Both the position numbers and the translations under genes were made by a program. A stretch of 61,060 nt of DNA from a virus (lineage: Duplodnaviria > Caudoviricetes), in IMG/VR virus record IMGVR_UViG_3300032257_000012, positions 1 through 61,060 of that record; one strand, given 5' to 3'. The number at the start of each line of letters is the position of its first letter. Within the stretch, counting starts at the first letter, position 1. Under the pieces are notes generated by a model. The model did no database searches. It saw only the letters and a list, made by a program, of their open reading frames with translations, and was not told the DNA's origin. Shown here piece after piece: positions 19,915 to 28,446 of this stretch.

Positions 19915-20192
19915 ATCCACATATCTTAAACGTAACAAACGGGGATTATACCAAACTAAAACACATGCTTGGCGTATCCACTCACACACCAAAGAGCCAA
20001 TGGGGGTATCGAAATAGATATTGTGCGCCCAACACGGGCCAAGACTTCTTATCGATGCAGCGACTACTTCTCGCTGGATTTGTTGAGCGTGGTTCGGTGG
20101 GGGAGAAGAATACTTTCTTCCACGCTACTATAGAAGGGTGTAAAGCAATTGGGCTCAATGAGAAACAAATTAAAAATGCGATGGAGAGTTAA
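19911..20192 (+). CDS. hypothetical phage protein
   Basis: HMLG...YRNRY...FHATIEG pattern. Confidence 0.6.
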   Translation: MNPHILNVTNGDYTKLKHMLGVSTHTPKSQWGYRNRYCAPNTGQDFLSMQRLLLAGFVERGSVGEKNTFFHATIEGCKAIGLNEKQIKNAMES

Positions 20193-20274
20193 CGATATTT
20201 TAATATACACCTCTCATAATGATCACACTTACTTAGAACAAGTAAGCAACTAACCCAAAAAAGGCAATTTAAAA

Positions 20275-20982
20275 ATGAACAAAGCAACACTCGCAGTAGC
20301 AGGTATCGCATTAGCAACTTCAATGTCAGCCGTAGCAACGCCAGTCACCGTCGCCGGGATCACATGGGATCCCGACGCTTTTTTGGACTTCAGTTCACAA
20401 AACACGTTGTTTGTGAACGACCTTACAAATGTGGGCGACGTGGCGACGGGCACCGGGAAAGTAACAAACATCAACGGAGGGTCGAACTTTGGCACAAACG
20501 AACTGACGTACCAATTCGGCGGGTATCAAATAGCCACACTGACAGGGAACAATGCAACTTTTATAGGTGGGTGGGTAAATTTCTACTCGGACGCCAGCAA
20601 CAATTTCGATTTCCAAAACGCGGGCACTGCGACAGACGGTTCCCTATTCCTATCATTAGTGGCCCGCAACACCGGTTCAAGTACGCTGACTGGCACCCTT
20701 GCCACCTTGAATCAGGACGGGAACGCACAAGGCGTCTTAGATGTAGTTGGTGGCTTGGCTAGTACTTACTTTGATACTAACTCAATGTTCTCCGGCGGTG
20801 ACTTAGAGTTTACAGCGTCCTGGAATAAATTCCCAAACGGTGGCACTACCCCCGATGGATTCTCACACCTTGGAACCACAGAAATGATTGGCAATACTGT
20901 CAACGTCCCTGAGCCAGCGTCGCTAGCGTTGTTAGCGTTGGGTCTTGGTTTGATCGGTGTTTCTCGAATCCGCAGTAAATAA
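20275..20982 (+). CDS. PEP-CTERM (exosortase-substrate) surface protein
   Basis: Sec signal peptide; T/G/N/S-rich body; C-terminal VPEPASLALLALGLGLIGVSRIRSK (VPEP, TM helix, basic tail). Confidence 0.92.
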   Translation: MNKATLAVAGIALATSMSAVATPVTVAGITWDPDAFLDFSSQNTLFVNDLTNVGDVATGTGKVTNINGGSNFGTNELTYQFGGYQIATLTGNNATFIGGWVNFYSDASNNFDFQNAGTATDGSLFLSLVARNTGSSTLTGTLATLNQDGNAQGVLDVVGGLASTYFDTNSMFSGGDLEFTASWNKFPNGGTTPDGFSHLGTTEMIGNTVNVPEPASLALLALGLGLIGVSRIRSK

Positions 20983-20990
20983 TTCACAGA

Positions 20991-21011
20991 GCCCTCTTCG
21001 GAGGGCATTTT
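20991..21011 (+). terminator. intrinsic terminator after the PEP-CTERM gene
   Basis: gccctc-ttcg-gagggc followed by atttt. Confidence 0.75.
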
Positions 21012-21026
21012 AAGAGAGGAAGTGAA

Positions 21027-21386
21027 ATGAAAATAGAAGACATAGCAATGATAGCGCACGAAGCAAACAGAGCATATTGTGAAAGTGTTGGGGACGCAAC
21101 ACAAGTGGCGTGGACAGAGGCGGAAGGTTGGCAAAAAGAAAGTTCGATTGCAGGAGTTAGGTTTCTCCAAACCAACACATCCGCTACGCCGGCACAAACG
21201 CACGAAAGTTGGATGCAAGAGAAATGGGATATTGGATGGAGGTGGGGGGATTTTAAAGATGTCGAGAGAAAATTACACCCTTGTATGGTGTCCTACGATA
21301 GATTGCCAGAATTTCAACGTGTAAAAGATGTTTTATATGCTGGTGTAGTACGCGCACTACTTCCATACGTTGAGGAACTAAAATGA
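21027..21386 (+). CDS. RyR-domain protein
   Basis: HESWMQEK..GWRWG..KD...KLHPCMVSYDRLP...KD signature. Confidence 0.8.
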   Translation: MKIEDIAMIAHEANRAYCESVGDATQVAWTEAEGWQKESSIAGVRFLQTNTSATPAQTHESWMQEKWDIGWRWGDFKDVERKLHPCMVSYDRLPEFQRVKDVLYAGVVRALLPYVEELK

Positions 21387-21679
21387 AAATAGAAATCAGT
21401 GAAGATGAATACCAAACACTAAAAAGATCCGCCACCAAACTCCACGCGCTAGAAGTGGGTGGGGTGGATAATTGGGATTTTTATGGTGAGGCGATGGAAA
21501 AAGTTTTTGAGGAAGAAGAAAAGGAGCGTGCGATAGATTCTCTATTGGATGATTTGGAGTGTGCGCTTTTAATAGGGGCGTATGAACCCGCTGGGCGTGG
21601 CTGCGGATTTTCTTCTTCGGACGATGGGCGGCGTGCTGCGTTGAAGATTCTTACCTCATTTATTGGGGAGCTAAAATGA
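21383..21679 (+). CDS. hypothetical phage protein
   Basis: LHALEVGGVDNWDFYGEA motif common in small phage proteins. Confidence 0.6.
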   Translation: MKIEISEDEYQTLKRSATKLHALEVGGVDNWDFYGEAMEKVFEEEEKERAIDSLLDDLECALLIGAYEPAGRGCGFSSSDDGRRAALKILTSFIGELK

Positions 21680-21993
21680 AAACAACAACCGCAGAAAAAA
21701 TAAAAGTAATGCAGGCATTTGAGGATGGGAGAGACATCCGATTTGTGATTCAAGGTGGGGGTTGTGGGGTGATAAGCAAGTGTCGGCAAGGCGACAATCC
21801 GGGGTGGAATTGGGAGGAAATCACATATACCATCGTAACACCATCTCCCCCACCCCTGTACGTAAATGTATACTATGATGGTTGCGGAGAGTTGTATTGT
21901 CGTACATATCCGAGCCGAGATGTGGCGAGGCAGAGAGCATCTGATACCGCTGTTCACATAGCCATCGAATACCGGTGGATTGACAAAGACTAA
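21676..21993 (+). CDS. hypothetical protein
   Basis: ORF track; coupled overlap. Confidence 0.55.
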   Translation: MKTTTAEKIKVMQAFEDGRDIRFVIQGGGCGVISKCRQGDNPGWNWEEITYTIVTPSPPPLYVNVYYDGCGELYCRTYPSRDVARQRASDTAVHIAIEYRWIDKD

Positions 21994-22056
21994 ATAGTTT
22001 GTTCTAATCGCACGACGACTCACCCTTAGCTTTTGAACACATAAGCATAGGGCTCA

Positions 22057-22139
22057 AAAACGCCTCATACAGAAATGTGTGGGGCGTTTTTGGTTTTGGC
22101 GGTTTTAAAGGGTACTCACGGGGTGAGTGCCCTTTATTT
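22057..22139 (+). terminator. two consecutive terminator-like hairpins
   Basis: aaaacgcctcataca-gaaa-tgtgtggggcgtttt, and aaagggtactcac-gggg-tgagtgcccttt. Confidence 0.65.
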
Positions 22140-22235
22140 CAAGGAATGCGAAAGAATCAACGAGTTAGTGCTTAATGGGTATTTAAGTTGTGTAAGACAT
22201 AATAAGTCTTCTTTTAACAAGTAGGAAATATAAAA

Positions 22236-22964
22236 ATGAACACAGCAAAAGTTTTACAGTTCGAGGCCCATAGGATTAGAACTGTTGAGAAAGATGGTAA
22301 TGTTTGGTGGGTGCTGTCCGACGTGGCAAAAGGTCTTGGGTATCGTGATGCTAGAGATTTTTCTAGGAATATCAAAGACAAATACCTTCATACGCACATT
22401 ATGCGTATGAACCTTTCGGACGGTAGATCGCAAGAAAGGGATATGCTCTGTTGTAGCGAACCTGGGCTTTACCAAGGACTGGCCGTTTGTCGGAAAGAAG
22501 CTGCTGAGCGGTTCCAAGATTGGGTGTTTGAAGAAGTTCTGCCACAAATACGCAAGACGGGAAGTTACCAAGATTCGGAGGTGAGCAGCTTACGCACAAA
22601 GACATTGGAGAACCTAACCGACTTTGTGCTGGAGCAAGCTTCGCACACTGGGAAGCTGTCAAAGCGCGTGGCGATGGTAGAAGCTTCCTTAGAATCCCTA
22701 CCAGCGATTGAGCACGACGAAGAGTTGTATACCGTATCTGCGTTGGGGAAGATGTGCTCTCCGCCGCGTGGTGGCGTCTCAATTAATCGTTTATTGGACA
22801 AAGCGGGGCTCCAAAGGAGCTACCCCAACGGGAAAGACCCCTCTCACGAGCTTTTGCCCGCAGGAGAGCCCTATGGCGAGGTGATCCGCGTACACTATAA
22901 GCATACGGGTCTGAAGGATGAGATCGTTCGGTGGAAGGCGTCTGTGCTGGGCGTTATTTTGTAG
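22236..22964 (+). CDS. BRO-N domain antirepressor-like protein
   Basis: IRTVEKDGNVWWVLSDVAKGLGY...SEPGLYQ...FQDWVFEEVLPQIRKTGSY. Confidence 0.88.
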   Translation: MNTAKVLQFEAHRIRTVEKDGNVWWVLSDVAKGLGYRDARDFSRNIKDKYLHTHIMRMNLSDGRSQERDMLCCSEPGLYQGLAVCRKEAAERFQDWVFEEVLPQIRKTGSYQDSEVSSLRTKTLENLTDFVLEQASHTGKLSKRVAMVEASLESLPAIEHDEELYTVSALGKMCSPPRGGVSINRLLDKAGLQRSYPNGKDPSHELLPAGEPYGEVIRVHYKHTGLKDEIVRWKASVLGVIL

Positions 22965-22993
22965 CACCTTCCCTCTCCGCAGTGGGGAGGGAT

Positions 22994-23899
22994 TTAAAAT
23001 TGGAAGTTAAGCCACCGTCCTGATCCGCCATTTACTCCCGCCGAGCCTCCTAAGAATCCCGCCGAGCCGACACCACCCCCAATAAAAGTAGTTGCGCCAG
23101 CGACTTCTGTGTAGTTTTGGCTGGCAAACACAATCACACCTCCCCCCGCGCCTCCAGACCCGCCCATGAACGCCGGACCCGGTGCAGCGGCGGGACTTTC
23201 CCCCGACGCATTGACGACACCTGTTGCGTTAAATGTGATAGTGGGGGCAGTGAACACAATGATGCCGCCTCCTTTTGCACGAGGATTTGGGTTTGTTGAA
23301 TCCTTCCCGCCCTGAGAGCCTCCGAGCAGCGCGTTACCTAGCATCCCACGAATGACAGCGATCCCATTGCCGTTTGTATTTGCGATGCCACGGTTGAGGG
23401 ATGGGGTCAGTGTGCCTATTGGATATATTGGCTGTGGGTCTAAGCCGTGAGCGCCGAGTCCGCCGCCGCCCCCGATGGCATATTGATGTATGGGTCTCGT
23501 CGCTGCGGCGCTGGCGTCGTACTCTATTGGATCGTCGGTGGTTTCTGTTCTAAGACCGCCAGCAATACTAACTGCGCCTGTAATTGTGATGGATGTTGTG
23601 GCGTGGAAAAAGAAGAAGGGGCCAACGATATCTACTGCACAACCAGACTGAAAATCAATTGTCGTTGCATGTATTGCGCCGCTTTTAAGGGTCGTCGTGC
23701 CCGCCGCAAACGTTTGCGGCCCGTCCTGTCCGGTACCAAACCAACGAAGGAATGGGGGGATTTCTACAAATCTTTTGGTTAGATCGTTTGGGCCTTGTGT
23801 GGCGGTGTTTATTGGGTTGTCTCGAAGCCGTTTCTGCAAGCTTTCTGTGACGATTGCCCCCGCCGCTTTTTCGCTGGTCGCTATTGGGCTGTATGCCAT
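22994..23899 (-). CDS. glycine-rich tail fibre/spike protein (paralog 3)
   Basis: GGxGGG-rich C-terminus; N-terminal LRDNPI anchor shared with its neighbours. Confidence 0.7.
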   Translation of the reverse strand: MAYSPIATSEKAAGAIVTESLQKRLRDNPINTATQGPNDLTKRFVEIPPFLRWFGTGQDGPQTFAAGTTTLKSGAIHATTIDFQSGCAVDIVGPFFFFHATTSITITGAVSIAGGLRTETTDDPIEYDASAAATRPIHQYAIGGGGGLGAHGLDPQPIYPIGTLTPSLNRGIANTNGNGIAVIRGMLGNALLGGSQGGKDSTNPNPRAKGGGIIVFTAPTITFNATGVVNASGESPAAAPGPAFMGGSGGAGGGVIVFASQNYTEVAGATTFIGGGVGSAGFLGGSAGVNGGSGRWLNFQF

Positions 23900-24744
23900 T
23901 AGTAAAATTTCCTTGCGATGTGTACCACCGTACCATCTCCGCCCTTGCCGCCCGACGGAGATGTGGCTTTTGCTCCCCCAGAAACATCTAATGTTCCAGT
24001 GAATGTGCTTAGCCCGTTGTCTGAATAGGTCAACATAATAACACCTCCCCCAGACCCGCCAGTAGTTGATGTGCCGGGGAATCCTGACACATCAATAGTT
24101 CCGGTGATGTTAATAGTTGGCGCAATAAGCGATACATTCCCACCTCCATTTGAAGTATACATGCGATTGTGGAACATTGATGATATGGCTTCGCGCCCTA
24201 CAAATGCGGCGGGAGAGCCAGACCTATCTTGTCCGTCGGACCCGTCGAGGCCAGGCCCCGTCGCTTTCGCGCCGCCCGCCAGTCCCAATGTGGATACTCC
24301 ATCAAACCCCGTAGCGTCGTCGCCACCTTCTGAGGCCCCTAATTTTAAGTGTTGATAGTTTTGTGGGTATAGTTTATACCACGGGTTGCCTCCGGCCTTT
24401 GCCGATATGTTTATTTCCCCTTCAATTGTGATCGATTCGGTTGCACGAATAATTAGGAAGGGGGAAACCGGGTATAGCAAGACGGATGAGTGAAGAGAGA
24501 ATGTTCTACATTCAACGATACTACCATAGACAACAGTTCCGCCCCCCATCCCAAAGTCGATATCTTCTACACTATCTTCCCCCGTGTATGCGATGTCGTG
24601 TCCATATTTCACATACTGGGTGGGGGCTGAGGCGTCTTGCTCCATGATCGCAGTAATATTGTCTGCCATCCTTCTTGGTACGGTGTCAACAACGCCACTA
24701 CCAACGTCGATCTCAGAGTCATTTATTGTTATGAAGGTTGTCAT
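23899..24744 (-). CDS. glycine-rich tail fibre/spike protein (paralog 2)
   Basis: Same architecture: MADNITAI, IIRATESITIEG, APTINITG. Confidence 0.7.
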   Translation of the reverse strand: MTTFITINDSEIDVGSGVVDTVPRRMADNITAIMEQDASAPTQYVKYGHDIAYTGEDSVEDIDFGMGGGTVVYGSIVECRTFSLHSSVLLYPVSPFLIIRATESITIEGEINISAKAGGNPWYKLYPQNYQHLKLGASEGGDDATGFDGVSTLGLAGGAKATGPGLDGSDGQDRSGSPAAFVGREAISSMFHNRMYTSNGGGNVSLIAPTINITGTIDVSGFPGTSTTGGSGGGVIMLTYSDNGLSTFTGTLDVSGGAKATSPSGGKGGDGTVVHIARKFY

Positions 24745-24745
24745 A

Positions 24746-25672
24746 TCATATCACCAAGTCAATAATCCCGCCAAATCCGCCAGACCCTCCGTCACCACCG
24801 GTCGTAGCAGTACCACCAACTCCGCCTGCCACAGATATCGTACCACCACCCGCAGTCAATCCATTTTCAGAGCAAGCTATAATAATACCACCGCCACCTC
24901 CGCCTCCACCTCCGTGACCTGATCCGGTAGTTACTCCGCTCTCTCCCGCCATGTTCAATGTTCCAGTTATTGTGATGGTAGGCGCCACCAACACAACACA
25001 ACTCCCACCTCTCCCGCCCAAACCTCCCCCGGCACCTTCATCTTGGCCATTACCTCCGTTCGCTCCGCCATACCAAGAAAGAGATCCCGCAGACAATACA
25101 AGTTTTATGTTTTCTGGGAGGGCAGACCCAACGCCTGGCCGACTTCCTCCGACGCTTCCATTTGTTGAAGAGGGTCCGCCAGCGCCGCCCGTGAGTTGGT
25201 ACGTCCCGGCGCCACTGCGTCCCGTCGCTCCCGCAGCATCTTTGCCTCCGCCCCCACCACCCGACCCACCCATTTGGATCATCATACCTTCCGACTCTCC
25301 GGCACTAACTCCAGTGGTCGGATTAGACAGGGGTCTAAGCCCTCGCAGTGTCCCAGCGATGATAATTTCAGTGGTGGCTCGGATGACTAGTTGTTCGCCC
25401 ACAAAATCCAGTAGAACACCGGCCTCAACTTCAAAAGTTGAGACATTTAGATATCCATCACCAATAGAATCGTTAGAAGTGTATACCAAGTCCCCTGCTT
25501 CTCCTTCCCCTCTATCCAACAAGATGGGAGGTGCTGCTAAGATGTGGGAGGGGAGGGTTGGATCATCTTCTGCCCAAGCGCGCACATTATTATCAAGGTC
25601 CGTCAGTAGATCTTCTGAGTAGGGGGAGTTTGGGTCTGTTCTTGTTGAATCTATAAAGACGTAGGCTGTCAT
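24746..25672 (-). CDS. glycine-rich tail fibre/spike protein (paralog 1)
   Basis: Same architecture: LDNNVRA, VIRATTEIIIAG, APTITITG. Confidence 0.7.
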   Translation of the reverse strand: MTAYVFIDSTRTDPNSPYSEDLLTDLDNNVRAWAEDDPTLPSHILAAPPILLDRGEGEAGDLVYTSNDSIGDGYLNVSTFEVEAGVLLDFVGEQLVIRATTEIIIAGTLRGLRPLSNPTTGVSAGESEGMMIQMGGSGGGGGGKDAAGATGRSGAGTYQLTGGAGGPSSTNGSVGGSRPGVGSALPENIKLVLSAGSLSWYGGANGGNGQDEGAGGGLGGRGGSCVVLVAPTITITGTLNMAGESGVTTGSGHGGGGGGGGGIIIACSENGLTAGGGTISVAGGVGGTATTGGDGGSGGFGGIIDLVI

Positions 25673-27663
25673 TAGTACACCTTATATGCTGTCCTACCAT
25701 CTGCGAAAACGCCGCTTGATGGTGCGATGAATGCGTTGTTTTCCTTTATTGTATCATCCGCTATCTCATAATCAACAGTACCTGCCGGCGCGACCCGAGC
25801 AATTCCAATGGAAGATACATTTAATTGATGTGCAAGATATCCAAAAGTTGTTCCAGTAATTATCTCACGTTTTTCTATTATTATTAAATCAATGGGGAGT
25901 ATTTCACCGAACACATCGACGACGTTTCGCATATAGGCTCGAACGTTATCCCCTAGGTTTATCTCATCTTTGGCGTCCAGCTCAAACTCTACGATGTATG
26001 GGGCATCCCCGAATACTGTGACGTGGCGGTTTGCGGTTTGCGATGCTAGCGCATCGTTTGTATCGTCGAACCATCGAGATTGTACGCGCACGATCTTATC
26101 TTCCCCATATTTATCTGGGCCGGACAAAGTAGTTGCCGCCGAAATAAACAATTTGCGATATAAGTTCTCATCTCCTTGCTGAGTTTGGTCGCTTACTGCG
26201 TATCGCATTTGATATTCTGAAATCCTACCAGACAAATCGACATTGGCGCCCGCCGAGCCGGAGAGAATATTTATTGAATCATTAAGTGTTTTCGTGGGCA
26301 CTTCTGGTACGATAGCTTTTATCCGCAGCAACGCCCCACGGTCATCCCACCACATAAATAAGAAATTTTCTTTGGATATCTCAGTCAACAGTGTGTTGAT
26401 GCCTGTCGGTTCTGATATGACAGTGGTGAGATTGTTGCCTGCCAACAGACCAACTTTCTCGACCGCAAACGAAACTGTGTCAATGAAACTCGTGGACAAC
26501 CCACCACCTTGTGTGACAAGTGTTTGGATGATGTCCGTAACATTTTCTTGCTGAAATACCGCGCACTTCTGAACTGTGTCGCCTACCTCGTGGGCACTTG
26601 CGATACTCCCCCACACACCACGTGTGATGGCTGAGGCAGTGTCGCCAGCGATTGTGACAATTTCAATAAGCTCTTCACCAATACGCACGACATCCCCATT
26701 TGCGTATTGCGCCCCTGCGCCTACTTGTAAAGTAAAAGCCCCTGCGCCAGCGGAGATCCCGGCGTCCAATTCCCCCGTCGATGGTTTGGGCCACTGAGCA
26801 CGATCATCATCAAGCTTCCTAATAATATCTTGACAGCTTATGGTGACAGATTCTTTTTTATCTGGGCCAAGTATTTTCTCAATAAAGAACGTTTGCGACG
26901 TAAAATTGGTGGCGTCGTACTCGCCGTCTACTAAGTACCCGGAGTAGAGCACGGCTTTTCGCCCTAAAAAATAAGGATTTCTCGCCAAAAATTTTCTAAA
27001 AAAAGTACTTCTAGTCGATGGGTCGTAGTTTCTTTGAGAGACGTATTTATCTACCCCACGATCGTGGTGGGGGAAGTCTGAACATACTACGGATAAATTT
27101 GCTCGATGCCCCAACCCCTTGGCCAACGTAATTTTAGAGGGTGCGGTATTAATTTTATTTATACATGGCAACACCACCATTGCGTCCGCTTCTTGTTTAA
27201 GTTTCTGCGGAACTACTTCGGTTTTTTCTGTTAGATATATGACATTTGTGTCTGGGTCGGCGTTGTAGTTAGTAGTGTCCTGGCAAGTAGCCCGTGTGTT
27301 GTGGCATTCTGCGTTTCCATTGGGGATTATGTATGAATTTGCAGGCGCTGGTGTGCTGGAAAACGCAGAAGCTATTGTTGCAGTTTTAGTCGATCCGACG
27401 TAATCTGTGATTACGCGCTCTTCTCCGGCGGCTGGGCCATCTAACATTCGCAACGTGTATCCATTGAATATATCGTCCGTGGTAAGCTCTGATCCGCTTA
27501 ATACAATAGCCGTACCAAGCGCAGACGTGATGAGGTTGCCTTGGTTTATCTTCCCGGCTGCACATGGGGAGGTAGAATATGTGTTTTGGCAATAATCAAT
27601 GTGGAGTTTCACAAACCTAAAAGGTTGCCTCCCCACGCGTTTGCGCTCTACCTCAAATGTCAT
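25672..27663 (-). CDS. tail tip/hub protein
   Basis: 663 aa, two genes after the tape measure; N-terminal CQNTY..PC...CHNTRATCQD cysteine cluster. Confidence 0.7.
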   Translation of the reverse strand: MTFEVERKRVGRQPFRFVKLHIDYCQNTYSTSPCAAGKINQGNLITSALGTAIVLSGSELTTDDIFNGYTLRMLDGPAAGEERVITDYVGSTKTATIASAFSSTPAPANSYIIPNGNAECHNTRATCQDTTNYNADPDTNVIYLTEKTEVVPQKLKQEADAMVVLPCINKINTAPSKITLAKGLGHRANLSVVCSDFPHHDRGVDKYVSQRNYDPSTRSTFFRKFLARNPYFLGRKAVLYSGYLVDGEYDATNFTSQTFFIEKILGPDKKESVTISCQDIIRKLDDDRAQWPKPSTGELDAGISAGAGAFTLQVGAGAQYANGDVVRIGEELIEIVTIAGDTASAITRGVWGSIASAHEVGDTVQKCAVFQQENVTDIIQTLVTQGGGLSTSFIDTVSFAVEKVGLLAGNNLTTVISEPTGINTLLTEISKENFLFMWWDDRGALLRIKAIVPEVPTKTLNDSINILSGSAGANVDLSGRISEYQMRYAVSDQTQQGDENLYRKLFISAATTLSGPDKYGEDKIVRVQSRWFDDTNDALASQTANRHVTVFGDAPYIVEFELDAKDEINLGDNVRAYMRNVVDVFGEILPIDLIIIEKREIITGTTFGYLAHQLNVSSIGIARVAPAGTVDYEIADDTIKENNAFIAPSSGVFADGRTAYKVY

Positions 27664-28445
27664 GTTCTAATACCTTGTAGCGTTAGTGTAGTAGACAGTG
27701 TGGTGTGATTGCCGTCGTAGGTGGGGGTGTTTGGGCGGCCTTTTAACCACACATACACCACATCTTCTGGGTAATCTTCATTCCAAAGGAACCAAAAAGG
27801 TCTTTCAAGCGCGTAGTCGATGAAAGTCTGCCAGTCGCCGCGCATAAATGCCAAGGACTCGACGCTCACTGAGATGCTAAATTCCACCCCTCGCTTTATT
27901 ACTGAACGCCCAATAAATTCCCCATTGACGCTCATCGAGTTTGTTATAGTATCCATAACCGCCCCTCTGGGCAGTTGACCGCCCGACCTTACCGCCTTTG
28001 GAAGTCTGAACACCTCTCCAATAGTTGCGCCCGCCACTCTCAACGGCTCCGTTGGCGTACCGATTGGATCAAACAATAGCCTAAAATACCTGTCTTGTTG
28101 TGCTGCCCCCGGCTCGATCCAAATGAAGGGGGAGTCATCCGCAAGTACTTGGTAGCTCGACACGTCGGTGGGCGTGGTAAATGCTTGCGCGGAGTCTCGT
28201 TGTAATTTCACTTGATACCCGGCGCTGGCTAAGTTGTGTCTCGCCAGCGCAAAATAGTCCACTGGAATTATGGACCCACTTCCAGCCAAGATGTAGTGTT
28301 GTACCGCCGGAGTGGGGGGCTGCCAATAGTCGTAGGTGTTTCCGTTGTACGAATTTTGATACTCAAACCCCAGCGCATCTTCGTCGGTCTCTGTGTTTGG
28401 TAGGGTGTTGAAGAAGTTATCAAACCCTATAACTGGCTTTCCCAT
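27660..28445 (-). CDS. distal tail protein
   Basis: Directly follows the tape measure; DYFALARHNL, PFWFLWN. Confidence 0.65.
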   Translation of the reverse strand: MGKPVIGFDNFFNTLPNTETDEDALGFEYQNSYNGNTYDYWQPPTPAVQHYILAGSGSIIPVDYFALARHNLASAGYQVKLQRDSAQAFTTPTDVSSYQVLADDSPFIWIEPGAAQQDRYFRLLFDPIGTPTEPLRVAGATIGEVFRLPKAVRSGGQLPRGAVMDTITNSMSVNGEFIGRSVIKRGVEFSISVSVESLAFMRGDWQTFIDYALERPFWFLWNEDYPEDVVYVWLKGRPNTPTYDGNHTTLSTTLTLQGIRT

Positions 28446-28446
28446 G

